Below, piece after piece: positions 1 through 8,627 of a stretch of DNA of 64,000 bases. The translations under genes and the position numbers were made by a program. The notes beneath the pieces are model-generated. The model did no database searches. It was given only the letters and a program-made list of their open reading frames with translations, and was not told where the DNA came from. Location: contig PLWW01000018.1 in the NCBI GenBank assembly GCA_003153125.1, positions 2,723-66,722 of the forward strand, in the 5' to 3' direction. How positions within the stretch are numbered: the stretch's first letter is position 1; the number at the start of each line of letters is the position of its first letter. Source of the DNA: Candidatus Dormiibacterota bacterium (GTDB lineage Bacteria; Chloroflexota; Dormibacteria; Aeolococcales; Aeolococcaceae).

Positions 1-982
1 CCTGGAGGATGTTCTCCATGCCCTGGAGGGTGGCGTCCTGGCCGGTCGTCGGGATCTTCTTGGCGGCGACACCGGCGTTCTTGAGGACGGTGATCACCGC
101 GTTGGCGAGCCCGTCATTGGCCTCGATCGTGGTGTTGATCTCGGGATGGGCGGTGAACTGCTGTTGGAAGATCGTGGCACCGGTGGCGTTGACCCAGCCG
201 GGTGTGACCTGGTCGCCGACCAGTGTCCAGCCCGCCGAATTGGTCTTGCCGGCCGGCTCCGGGGTCGTCGTGTCGCCCCAGACGACGGAGTTGTAACCCT
301 GCGCAAACGACACCGCGTTGGGATCGGTGTCCTCGCCGCCGTTGAGGGTGAAGACCTTGGGCGTGGCGATGCCCCAGCTTTGCACGCACTTCTGCACGCC
401 CTGGCCGATGAGCTTGCCCACCTGGACGTTGTCGAAGCTGACGTAGTACGTGTTGGTGCCCTGGAAGGTGGCGCGGTCATAGCTGATGGCGGCGACACCG
501 TGCGACTGGGCGAGCGCCTGGATCTGGTTTCCGACAGTGCTGTCGAGCGGGTCGAACACCAGGACACTGGCACCGAGGGTGATGTCAGCCTGTGCGTCGG
601 CAAGTTCGGTCGCGTCGTTGCCCTGGGCGTTGTCGATCTTGAAGTCGGACGACCCGTACCCGGCCGCCTTGAAGGCCTTGGTCAGGTAGGGCAGGTCGAA
701 GTTTACGTACCGAGTCGAGGACGTCGTGTCCGGCAGGATGACGCCGACCATCCCCTTACCCGCCTTGAACAGACCCGACAGCTGGCTCATCGCGGAGAAG
801 CTGCTGTCGAACGATGTGAGGCTGAGGCCGGACGGCACCGTGGCGGCGGCACTGGACGAGGCAGGCGCCGAAGAACTGGGGGTGCTGCTGCCACAGGCCA
901 CGGCCATGCCGGCCATCCCGAGCACGGCGCCCCATCTTGTCGCCCGAGTCACCGTGCTCGAGCCCGTCGTCAGTGTTCGCAT
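1..982 (-). CDS. Sugar ABC transporter substrate-binding lipoprotein (periplasmic-binding-protein fold, ribose/xylose-binding type); 5' partial relative to the window, since the C-terminus lies beyond coordinate 1
   Basis: Reading the minus strand from the ATG complementary to 980-982 gives MRTLTTGSSTVTRATRWGAVLGMAGMAVACGSS (signal peptide plus lipobox), then ...GVILPDTTSSTRYVNFDLPYL...VLVFDPLD...ISYDR... typical of sugar-binding PBPs. A strong Shine-Dalgarno GGAGGA sits 6 nt upstream (plus 984-992). It lies directly downstream of a ROK regulator. It is absent from the ORF track because it runs off the window edge. Confidence 0.7.
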   Translation of the reverse strand, partial: MRTLTTGSSTVTRATRWGAVLGMAGMAVACGSSTPSSSAPASSSAAATVPSGLSLTSFDSSFSAMSQLSGLFKAGKGMVGVILPDTTSSTRYVNFDLPYLTKAFKAAGYGSSDFKIDNAQGNDATELADAQADITLGASVLVFDPLDSTVGNQIQALAQSHGVAAISYDRATFQGTNTYYVSFDNVQVGKLIGQGVQKCVQSWGIATPKVFTLNGGEDTDPNAVSFAQGYNSVVWGDTTTPEPAGKTNSAGWTLVGDQVTPGWVNATGATIFQQQFTAHPEINTTIEANDGLANAVITVLKNAGVAAKKIPTTGQDATLQGMENILQ

Positions 983-1000
983 GCTGCGTCCTCCTACGCG

Positions 1001-2233
1001 TTATACGGCCAACCTGTGTTGCCGTTCTGATGCACCGATTGGTGGTCCTGGTCTGTGGTGGGCGCCGTCGGCGGCGTCGTCCTCGCTCTCCTGGAGCGCG
1101 AGGGCGAGCGCGCCGAGGATGCCGGCGCGCTCGGAGAAGGCGCCGGCGACGACCTCGGCGTGCGCCGGAACCGAAAAGGCGCGGCGCGCCATCGACTCGC
1201 GTATGGCGTTGAGGAGCACGTCGCCGGCGAGAGCAAGCTCGCCGCCGATGATGATCATCTGCGGGCTCAGCAAGTTGCAGAGGTTGGCCAGGGCGACGCC
1301 GATGTGCCGCCCGGCGTCGGTGATGACCCGACGGCAGCCGATGTCGCCCTCGTTGCTGAGCCGGACAAGGTCCTCGACGGTGAGGTCGTCGCCGTAGCTT
1401 CTCCGCAGCGGCTCGAGGAGTGCCGGCCCGGCAGCGAACATCTCGAGACAACCGCGGTTCCCGCACCTGCAGACGGGGCCGTCCTCCTCGATCGTGGTGT
1501 GCCCGATCTCGCCCGCGGTCCCGGCGACGCCGCGGTAGAGCTTGCCGTGGAGCACGATGCCGGCGCCGATGCCTGTGGCCACCTTGACGTAGGCGAAATC
1601 GGTGAAGCCGCGGCCGACGCCCCAGAGGCCCTCGGCGAGGGCGCCCAGGTTGGCGTCGTTGTCGACGATGGTGCGGACGCCCAGGGTCGCCTCGATCGCG
1701 GAGCGCACGTCGAACTCGGCCCACCCGGGAAGGATGGCCGGGGAAGCGGTGCGCCCCGTCTCCCTGTCGATCGGGCCGGGCAGGCCGACGGCGAGCACCT
1801 GGACATCGGCGAGGTCCCGGCCGGAGCCTTCGACAAGCTCCCGGAACATGGCCGCGGCCTCGGGGACGCTGGAGGCGGCCTGGTGACGGTAGGACAACGT
1901 GTGCTGCGCCTCCGCTCGGACTGTGTGCGTGAAATCCGCCACCGCGGCGCGGACGTGGCGGTTGCCGAACTCGATGCCACCGACCAGCCCGGCCGAGGGG
2001 TTGAGGGAGACATCGCACACGCGGCGTCCGTTGCGCACCCCCAGCGTCGACCGAGCGAGGCCGCGACTGGTCAGCTCGCGGACAATGTTCGAAACCGAGG
2101 CGTGGGAGAGCCGCGTCGCGCGTGAGATCTCAGCCTGGCTGAGCGCGCCGCTGATGCGGAGCAGCGTGAGGACCTCGCGACGATTCGCCGTCCTGAGATC
2201 AGCAAGAGACCCACCGCTCCGTCCAACACCCAT
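1001..2233 (-). CDS. ROK family transcriptional regulator (NagC/XylR-like)
   Basis: N-terminal HTH (REVLTLLRISGALSQAEISRATRLSHASVSNIVREL). ROK sugar-kinase-like body with the Zn motif CRCGNRGCLE and glycine-rich ATGIGAGIV. Likely an operon with the downstream SBP. Confidence 0.85.
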   Translation of the reverse strand: MGVGRSGGSLADLRTANRREVLTLLRISGALSQAEISRATRLSHASVSNIVRELTSRGLARSTLGVRNGRRVCDVSLNPSAGLVGGIEFGNRHVRAAVADFTHTVRAEAQHTLSYRHQAASSVPEAAAMFRELVEGSGRDLADVQVLAVGLPGPIDRETGRTASPAILPGWAEFDVRSAIEATLGVRTIVDNDANLGALAEGLWGVGRGFTDFAYVKVATGIGAGIVLHGKLYRGVAGTAGEIGHTTIEEDGPVCRCGNRGCLEMFAAGPALLEPLRRSYGDDLTVEDLVRLSNEGDIGCRRVITDAGRHIGVALANLCNLLSPQMIIIGGELALAGDVLLNAIRESMARRAFSVPAHAEVVAGAFSERAGILGALALALQESEDDAADGAHHRPGPPIGASERQHRLAV

Positions 2234-2394
2234 ACGGCCCGCACTGTGGCAACCTCATGAGGCCGCTGTCAAGCTTTGAACGCTGTGTCTGATTTCCATG
2301 CAATCCCAATGTCATAGCGTGACCGTGCGGAGCCTGCCTCGGTCCCCTCCACCGCCCCACGCGCACCCGCCGTCGACCGTCGCAGGCGGCGGCT

Positions 2395-3237
2395 TCAGCC
2401 GGGCTCGGGCCCGGTGGCGACCGGACGTGAGGGGTCGGTGATCCATTCACTCCACGAGCCCGGGTAGAGAGCCGCAGGGATGCCCGCGAGAGCGAGCGCG
2501 AGAACCTCATGCGCCGCGGTGACACCCGATCCGCAGTACGCGCCTACCGCCACGCCGGCGGCGACGCCCATGCTCTCGAAGAGGTCGCGCAGGGCAGCCC
2601 CCGAAAGGAAGCTGCCGGCGCCTCCGAGGTTGGCGGCGGTCGGAGCGCTGCGAGCGCCGGGGATGTGGCCCGCGACCGGGTCGACCGGTTCCACCTCGCC
2701 CCGGTAACGCTCGCCGGCTCGGGCGTCGAGCAAAACCCCGGCTCGGGCCAGGGCGGCGGCGCTCTTGGCGTCGAGCACGGGCATGGCCCCGGGGCCAACC
2801 ACCATCGTCCCGGCGGCGTCCGGCGGCTCCGTGGTGGTCAGGGGCAGGGCCGCCGCCGTCCATGCGGCCACCCCGCCGTCGAGGAGTCGCACGTCGTCGT
2901 GGCCGGCATGGCGGAGCAGCCACCAGGCGCGGGCAGCGCTGAGGCCGCCACCGGCGTCGTACACGACCACGGAGGAGTCGTCGTTGACGCCGCAGCGGCG
3001 CAGGGCGGCCTCGAAGACGGTCGCCTCGGGCAGGGGGTGACGTCCCCGGCCGGCGCCCGGCGGGGCGGCCAGGTCGACGTCGAGGTCGACAAACCGGGCG
3101 TCTTCGAGGTGGCCGAGACGGTACTCGTCGAGCCCGGGCGGACCTCCGAGGTTCCAGCGCACGTCGAGCAGCACGGGGGGACGCCCCGAGGCCAACTCGG
3201 CCGCGAGCATCTCGGGCGACACCAGGATGGCGCTCAC
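2395..3237 (-). CDS. Rhodanese-domain sulfurtransferase (thiosulfate/3-mercaptopyruvate sulfurtransferase, SseA-like)
   Basis: Two rhodanese domains with the active-site loop YCGSGVTAAH. The start is probably the GTG giving VSAILVSPEML; the track ORF extends to 3315. Confidence 0.8.
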   Translation of the reverse strand: MSAILVSPEMLAAELASGRPPVLLDVRWNLGGPPGLDEYRLGHLEDARFVDLDVDLAAPPGAGRGRHPLPEATVFEAALRRCGVNDDSSVVVYDAGGGLSAARAWWLLRHAGHDDVRLLDGGVAAWTAAALPLTTTEPPDAAGTMVVGPGAMPVLDAKSAAALARAGVLLDARAGERYRGEVEPVDPVAGHIPGARSAPTAANLGGAGSFLSGAALRDLFESMGVAAGVAVGAYCGSGVTAAHEVLALALAGIPAALYPGSWSEWITDPSRPVATGPEPG

Positions 3238-3347
3238 GCCGCCTCCGAAACGATTCGGGTCCGCCGCCGTTTCATCATGGTCGCGGGGCCGTACATCTGT
3301 ACTCCCGCACGGCATTGGATCGGTGTGCTCATGGTACGGTTCTTCAG

Positions 3348-4601
3348 ATGATCTCCCGGCGCGTCGTCATGCTCGCAGCCCTGGGTGGCGGAGCCGCCGT
3401 CCTGGCCGGCTGCTCGTCTCCGTCGGGTGTCGCGAACTCCTCGGTGGCCGGCACGCCCCATGTCGTCCTTGCCGCGGCGCCACCTGAGGTCACCGTCGTC
3501 CCGGCCGACCATGCCAGCGGGGTCGCCCTCGATGCCCCGGTCACGGTGTCGAGCAGCGTGGGCAGCCTCACCACAGTGGCCGTGACCAAGGTCGGCGGCG
3601 CCGCTGTCGCGGGGCAGCTCTCCACCGACGGGCGCACCTGGACGGCCAGCGACGGTCTCGACCCCGGCGCCCAGTACCAGGTCACGGCGGTCGCCGCCGG
3701 GCCGAGCGGGACCCACACCAGCACCGTCAGCAGCTTCTCGACACTCGGCTCGGTGGCCGGACGCCTGACCACCTCGTACACCCCGGACAACGGCGCGGTG
3801 GTGGGCGTCGGCGAACCCATCGACCTCCACTTCAATACGTCGGTGCCGGTCGCCCAGAGGGCCGAGATCGTGCAGCACCTGCACGTGGTCTCGACACCGG
3901 ACCAGGCGGGCGCATGGCACTGGTTCGACGGCGCGGACGTGCACTACCGCCCGGCGGTGTACTGGCAGAGCGGCACCAAGGTCACCCTCACCGCCGACCT
4001 GCACGGCGTCAACGCGGGCAACGGCATCTGGGGCCTGGGTGGGTGGAGCACCAGCTTCAGCGTCGGCGCCAAGCACGTTTCGCTGATCAGCGACGTCACC
4101 CACCAGATGCACGTGTACACCAACGACCAGCTCGTGGACACGTGGCCCGTCAGCCTCGGCAAGCCGGGCTTCGCGACCCTGTCGGGCACCCTCGTGGTGC
4201 TCTTCAAGTCGCAGAGGGTGATGATGGACTCCTGCAGCACATTTGGTGGCGCCGCCTGTCACCCGGGCAACGTCAACTACTACCACGACTACGTGTACTG
4301 GGATACCGCCGTCTCCACCAACGGGTTCTTCATCCATGCCGCCCCCTGGTCGGAACCATCGCAGGGGTTCAGGGACGTGTCCCACGGCTGCATCAACCTC
4401 AGCACGGCCCACGCCATCACCTTCTTCGACTACTCGCTGCCCGGGGACGTGGTGGTGGTGAGCCAGACCAGCAACCCCGCGGACATCACCAACGGCGAGG
4501 CGGATTGGCAGATCCCGTTCGCCCAGTTCGACAACAGCGGCGGCGTCCCGGCCGCCGCGACCGCCGCCCCGGCCGCGTCTGCCTCCCCCGGAGGCCCGTA
4601 G
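3348..4601 (+). CDS. L,D-transpeptidase lipoprotein with N-terminal Ig-like domains (LdtMt2/LdtB-like)
   Basis: Signal/lipobox MISRRVVMLAALGGGAAVLAGCSS. Two bacterial Ig-like domains. A YkuD catalytic domain with the invariant SHGCINL motif. Confidence 0.85.
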   Translation: MISRRVVMLAALGGGAAVLAGCSSPSGVANSSVAGTPHVVLAAAPPEVTVVPADHASGVALDAPVTVSSSVGSLTTVAVTKVGGAAVAGQLSTDGRTWTASDGLDPGAQYQVTAVAAGPSGTHTSTVSSFSTLGSVAGRLTTSYTPDNGAVVGVGEPIDLHFNTSVPVAQRAEIVQHLHVVSTPDQAGAWHWFDGADVHYRPAVYWQSGTKVTLTADLHGVNAGNGIWGLGGWSTSFSVGAKHVSLISDVTHQMHVYTNDQLVDTWPVSLGKPGFATLSGTLVVLFKSQRVMMDSCSTFGGAACHPGNVNYYHDYVYWDTAVSTNGFFIHAAPWSEPSQGFRDVSHGCINLSTAHAITFFDYSLPGDVVVVSQTSNPADITNGEADWQIPFAQFDNSGGVPAAATAAPAASASPGGP

Positions 4602-4625
4602 GCTCCGAGCCCGGGCCCGGCGAGG

Positions 4626-6131
4626 TCAGCCAGGCGGCGTCCCTGGCGAGCTGTGCCTCGCCAGGGTTCGGCGGATGATCGAGCGCTCCTCCTCGTCGGC
4701 GGTGCGCAGCACCACGAGCATCACCGCGTAGATGACCGCGGCAGCCCCGGTCACGGCAAGCACGGCGAGCCGGCCGTGTGGGTTGCAGAGCCAGATGAAC
4801 GCCCCCATGACAACACCGGCGACGAACGGCTTCCAGCAGCTGCGCACCACGTGCAGCGGTCCGAGAACGCGGCGCAGTGTCAGCCAGCCGGCGACCACGA
4901 GGCCCACTTCCGTGGCCACCGTTGCCCAGCTCGCCCCCAGGTAACCGAAGCGCGGAATGAGGATGAGGTTGAGCCCGAAATTGACGACCAGACCGCTCAA
5001 GGCCACGTAGGCGTAGGACTTCTGCCGGTCGATGGCGTTGAGCACGGCAGGGAACGTGTTGTCGACGAACATGAAGACCACCGCCAGCGCAAGGATGCGC
5101 AGCGACGCGCCACTGTGGGGAAACTTGGTGGTGACGAGGTCGATGAACTGCTGCGCCAGCAGGAAGAGCCCCACGGTGATCGGCCAGCCCATGATCGCCA
5201 AGCCCTTGAAGAGCTTGTCGGCGGAGGCGAGCACGCGGTTGGGTGCGTTGCGGTAGTAGATGGACAGAACCGGGAAGATGACCGTGCGCAGCGTCGCAGG
5301 AATGAACAGCAGCGCCTCGAACGGGCGATAGGCAAAGGTGTACCAGCCCACCTCGTTGTACGAGCGGAAGTGTTGGAGGATGGGCACGTCGACCTTGAAA
5401 TAGACCGTCGTGAGCAGGTACGTGATCGCCAACGGGATGCCGGCCCTGATCCATTGGCGGAACAGTGCGGGCTCGAGTTGCCAGCGCGGCGTGAGGATGC
5501 GCTTGCCGAGAAGAACGGCGATGAAGTAGACGGTTGCGAATCCTGACGAAGCGACGTATGCCCACAGGAAGAAGCCGGGGCCGGCATGGATGTGCGCGCC
5601 GACCAGGGCCATGGCGAGGATCACCGCAGTCTCCGGGATGATCTCCGCGATCTCGAAGTTGAGCCGTTGCAACGCGTACAGCGTGCTGCGCAGCAGGAGC
5701 GAGTAGCCGCTCAGGACGAGCAGGGCGAAGGACGGCAGCAGGAGTGACTCGATGCCTGCCGACCACAGGCAGAGGGCGAGCAGGGGCAGTGAGATGGCGA
5801 CCAGGAAGAGCTTGATCGACGCCACGTTGTTGAAGTACCGCGTCAGGTTGTGCGGCTCGCGCGCCCCCTCGCGCACATAGAGCGCGGTGAAACCGACATC
5901 GGTGATGGCGCCGACCAGGGCGGTGTAGGTCACCGCCGTCTGCATCTGCCCGAATCGTGAGTCGCCCAGGGCATTGCCGATGGCCACGACGGCGACCAGC
6001 GCCAGCAGGCGCGAGAGGATGCGCGCCAGAAGGATGAGGATGGTGAAGCGCAGCGCCCGCGACCCGAGCCCCCTGGTGAGGTCAGGCGTGACCGAGCCGG
6101 GACTGCGCGGCGGCGGCGGGTCCTCCTGCAA
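4626..6131 (-). CDS. Polysaccharide biosynthesis protein / oligosaccharide flippase (PST/MOP superfamily, Wzx-like)
   Basis: About 500 aa with 12 or more predicted TM helices and typical Wzx/PST composition; no soluble domains. Confidence 0.7.
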   Translation of the reverse strand: MQEDPPPPRSPGSVTPDLTRGLGSRALRFTILILLARILSRLLALVAVVAIGNALGDSRFGQMQTAVTYTALVGAITDVGFTALYVREGAREPHNLTRYFNNVASIKLFLVAISLPLLALCLWSAGIESLLLPSFALLVLSGYSLLLRSTLYALQRLNFEIAEIIPETAVILAMALVGAHIHAGPGFFLWAYVASSGFATVYFIAVLLGKRILTPRWQLEPALFRQWIRAGIPLAITYLLTTVYFKVDVPILQHFRSYNEVGWYTFAYRPFEALLFIPATLRTVIFPVLSIYYRNAPNRVLASADKLFKGLAIMGWPITVGLFLLAQQFIDLVTTKFPHSGASLRILALAVVFMFVDNTFPAVLNAIDRQKSYAYVALSGLVVNFGLNLILIPRFGYLGASWATVATEVGLVVAGWLTLRRVLGPLHVVRSCWKPFVAGVVMGAFIWLCNPHGRLAVLAVTGAAAVIYAVMLVVLRTADEEERSIIRRTLARHSSPGTPPG

Positions 6132-6142
6132 GGTGGCTCATT

Positions 6143-7405
6143 CTAGGGATGGAACCGCCGCCGCAACCGAGCTTCGCGCCGCCGCCATTCGTCGTCGCCC
6201 GCCGCTCCCCCGCCGCGGACCCTCTCCCACCAAGGTTCCCAGTCCGCTCGCGCTCTCCGAACCCGCTCGCAGACCTGGAGTGCGGCTCCGATGTCGCCGC
6301 GCCGCTCCAGCCGGATCGCGCAGCCCCGCGCGGCGCGGAGGTCGTGCGGGTCCTCGAGGTGGAGGCGGCGCCAGGTCTCGAGCGCCTCATCCATGGCTCC
6401 GCGCCGCTGCAGGGCCACCGCCAGACGGTGTCCGGCTCGCCGGGCCCAGGGGTCGATCCCTGCCGCCACGCTGGCACGCAACTCGACCTCGGCGGCGTCG
6501 GCGACGCCCTGTCGTTCGTAGTGACGGGCCAGGTGGTACGCGTCGGCGGCATGAGCCGGTCGAACCCGCTCGCCACCGACATGCGCGGCCAGGCGGGCCG
6601 CCACCGCCACGGTGCTGACGATGTCCTGGAGATTGTGCTCGATGACGCCGCTGAGAACTGCGGGCCCGGCGCCGTGCAGCCACGCTCGATAGCGCCCCGG
6701 CGCTTCAATGCCGGGCACGTCGTCGACGCGGTGGTGGTTGAGGAGCGACATCTCGGCGTGGCGCAGGGTGCAGGCACCGAGCCGGTCACGGAAGAGCCGG
6801 CGCACCGGCGCCAGGATGTCTCCGTGGAGGCGCGGTTGGACGCAGGACGCGTCGAGACGGTTGAGCGTGCAGCGAGCGGCGAGGACCGGGATGTCGAAGC
6901 TGCGCCCGTTGTAGGTCAGCCACAGACGATGGGCGGCGATGCTCTGGGCGACCGCGCCGAGCAGGGCGCCCTCCTCGCCGGGGTCGGCGAGCAGAAGTTG
7001 CTCGCACTCGAGGACGGCGCCGCGCTGAATCCCCATGGCAACAAGAAAGGCCATCACGCCGCTGCCGCGCAGGCCGAGGCTCTCGATGTCGAGGACGCCG
7101 ACCCCCTCCCCGTTCAACCATACGGGGGGGTCCGGCTCGCACGGGTGGTCGAAGAGCGCGAGAAGGTCCGCCACCGGCGGGGCGCCTGCCAGCCCTGCTG
7201 CCTCGAAGAACGGCGACAGGTCGACCGTGCTGCGGCGTACGAACGTGGTGCCGGCGGCGCCGGTCTCCACCTCGAAGCCGAGCTCGGCGGCACGGCCGCT
7301 GAGGTCGAGGGATGCCGGGCGGGCGCGCGGGGTCGCCGTCGCTCCGCCGAGAGAGGCGATGCGTGCTCGGAGCGCGGTGAGCGTTGCCGCCCGCGAGGAG
7401 ACCAC
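6143..7405 (-). CDS. RNase H-like 3'-5' exonuclease domain protein (YprB/PF13482-like) fused to C-terminal TPR repeats
   Basis: Motifs VLDIESLGL, LTYNGRSFDIPVL and VIEHNLQDI are typical of a DEDD-like predicted exonuclease. The C-terminal half has a TPR-like helical repeat pattern. Confidence 0.55.
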   Translation of the reverse strand: MVSSRAATLTALRARIASLGGATATPRARPASLDLSGRAAELGFEVETGAAGTTFVRRSTVDLSPFFEAAGLAGAPPVADLLALFDHPCEPDPPVWLNGEGVGVLDIESLGLRGSGVMAFLVAMGIQRGAVLECEQLLLADPGEEGALLGAVAQSIAAHRLWLTYNGRSFDIPVLAARCTLNRLDASCVQPRLHGDILAPVRRLFRDRLGACTLRHAEMSLLNHHRVDDVPGIEAPGRYRAWLHGAGPAVLSGVIEHNLQDIVSTVAVAARLAAHVGGERVRPAHAADAYHLARHYERQGVADAAEVELRASVAAGIDPWARRAGHRLAVALQRRGAMDEALETWRRLHLEDPHDLRAARGCAIRLERRGDIGAALQVCERVRRARADWEPWWERVRGGGAAGDDEWRRREARLRRRFHP

Positions 7406-7528
7406 GCGCGCAGCCTATCGAACACCTGTTCGATAGGCAACCGGGTGCCGGGAGCGACGCGCTACCGTTGAGCGCTGCGTAGACTCACGCTGGCGCGGGC
7501 AGCGGGTCGACGAGGCCACCGCGGCGAG

Positions 7529-8149
7529 ATGGAGGGCTTGGCAATGGCCACGGTGACGGCTGACGGCATCTCATCGGCGCCGACCGGCGCGTCGCGTCGC
7601 GCCATCCAGGTTGTGCCGCTCAGGGGGCTGCCGATCGTTGCCGTCATCGTGCTCGGGCTGATCGTGTCGATCGCCGCCAACTGGCGCTGGGCGTTGATGT
7701 TCTACCACGTCGCCGGCGGCGGGCTGTGGACCGGCGTCGACCTCTTCGTGGGGTTCGTGATCGGGCCCATCCTCGGACGCCTCTCCATCCCCGCTCGCGC
7801 GGAGTTCTCCGCGAAGTTCATGCCGATGATGGTCCTGATCATGCCAACGCTGGTGGTGATGACACTGGCGGCGGGCTTTCAGCTTGCGGTGGTGATCGGC
7901 AACCTGGATCCGACCAGCGTCAACCACGGGTGGCTGGTGGCGTCGTTCGTGGTGGTCGGGGTGATGGCCACGATCGCGCTGGGCGTGCTCGAACCGGCCA
8001 ACGTCGCCGTGCTCTTCGAGATGAACAAGCCGCGGCCGGATGGCCGTGTGATTGCCCGGCTGATGCGGCGGTTCGTGTACTCGGCCGGCATCACCGGCGC
8101 GATGCAGGTGGCGACGCTGCTGATCATGACCCGGGTGGCGACGCAGTGA
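7529..8149 (+). CDS. Hypothetical integral membrane protein (about 4 TM)
   Basis: Hydrophobic segments in the ORF-track translation; no recognisable catalytic motif. Confidence 0.5.
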   Translation: MEGLAMATVTADGISSAPTGASRRAIQVVPLRGLPIVAVIVLGLIVSIAANWRWALMFYHVAGGGLWTGVDLFVGFVIGPILGRLSIPARAEFSAKFMPMMVLIMPTLVVMTLAAGFQLAVVIGNLDPTSVNHGWLVASFVVVGVMATIALGVLEPANVAVLFEMNKPRPDGRVIARLMRRFVYSAGITGAMQVATLLIMTRVATQ

Positions 8150-8568
8150 GCGCGCAGCCGTCGGACGCGGTGGCGCCCGAGGCCCCGTCCCCTCCGGTCA
8201 CCCAACTGGTCATCGGGTCGCTCGCCCTCGTGCTGATCGGCGGCATCCTCATGGCAGCCCAGTTCCCCGACCCACCCCTCACCGCTCCCGTCCTGCTCCT
8301 GGTGGGGAGCGCCGTCCTCTTCGCGAGTTGCATCGTGCTCTTGACCCGCCAACCCGTCTTCGCCTGGGGCGTCCTGGCGCAGGTGGGGCGCTGGGCCCTG
8401 CTCGCCTACGTGGTCATCGCCGGGATGATCGAGTACTCGTTCGTCCACAACCACGCCACGGGCACGCCGCTGCTGGTGCTCACCCTGATGCTGGTGATGT
8501 TCTCGCTGGACGTCGCCCTGAGCATCGGCTACAGCGTCGCTCGCTTCGCGGGGCCGGCGCAGCGCTGA
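8146..8568 (+). CDS. Hypothetical integral membrane protein (about 4 TM)
   Basis: A GTG start overlaps the upstream stop (GTGA), suggesting translational coupling. The hydrophobic protein is VSAQPSDAVAPEAPSPPVTQLVIGSLALVLIGG... Confidence 0.45.
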   Translation: MSAQPSDAVAPEAPSPPVTQLVIGSLALVLIGGILMAAQFPDPPLTAPVLLLVGSAVLFASCIVLLTRQPVFAWGVLAQVGRWALLAYVVIAGMIEYSFVHNHATGTPLLVLTLMLVMFSLDVALSIGYSVARFAGPAQR

Positions 8569-8627
8569 ACCGCGGTGCGTGAGGAGGACGGCCCCACGAT
8601 GAGGCCGCCCTCCGGGTTCACGCTATC

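Noticed and set aside
756-2018. Long antisense or overlapping ORFs in the track (e.g. 756-2018 -, 146-1030 +, 1055-2125 +, 3234-4412 -, 4486-5766 -, 6149-7471 +, 8766-10229 +, 12070-14019 +, 35118-35831 -, 36295-37170 -, 38710-39999 -, 41310-42815 -, 62207-63223 +)
   Set aside because: Their translations are Arg/Ala/Gly/Pro-rich low-complexity strings typical of GC-rich antisense frames. Each overlaps a frame with clear domain motifs, and none has a recognisable motif or RBS.
2234-2394. Possible ROK operator palindrome upstream of the ROK gene
   Set aside because: Only weak, imperfect inverted repeats (catgcaat...attggga); not convincing enough to call a site.
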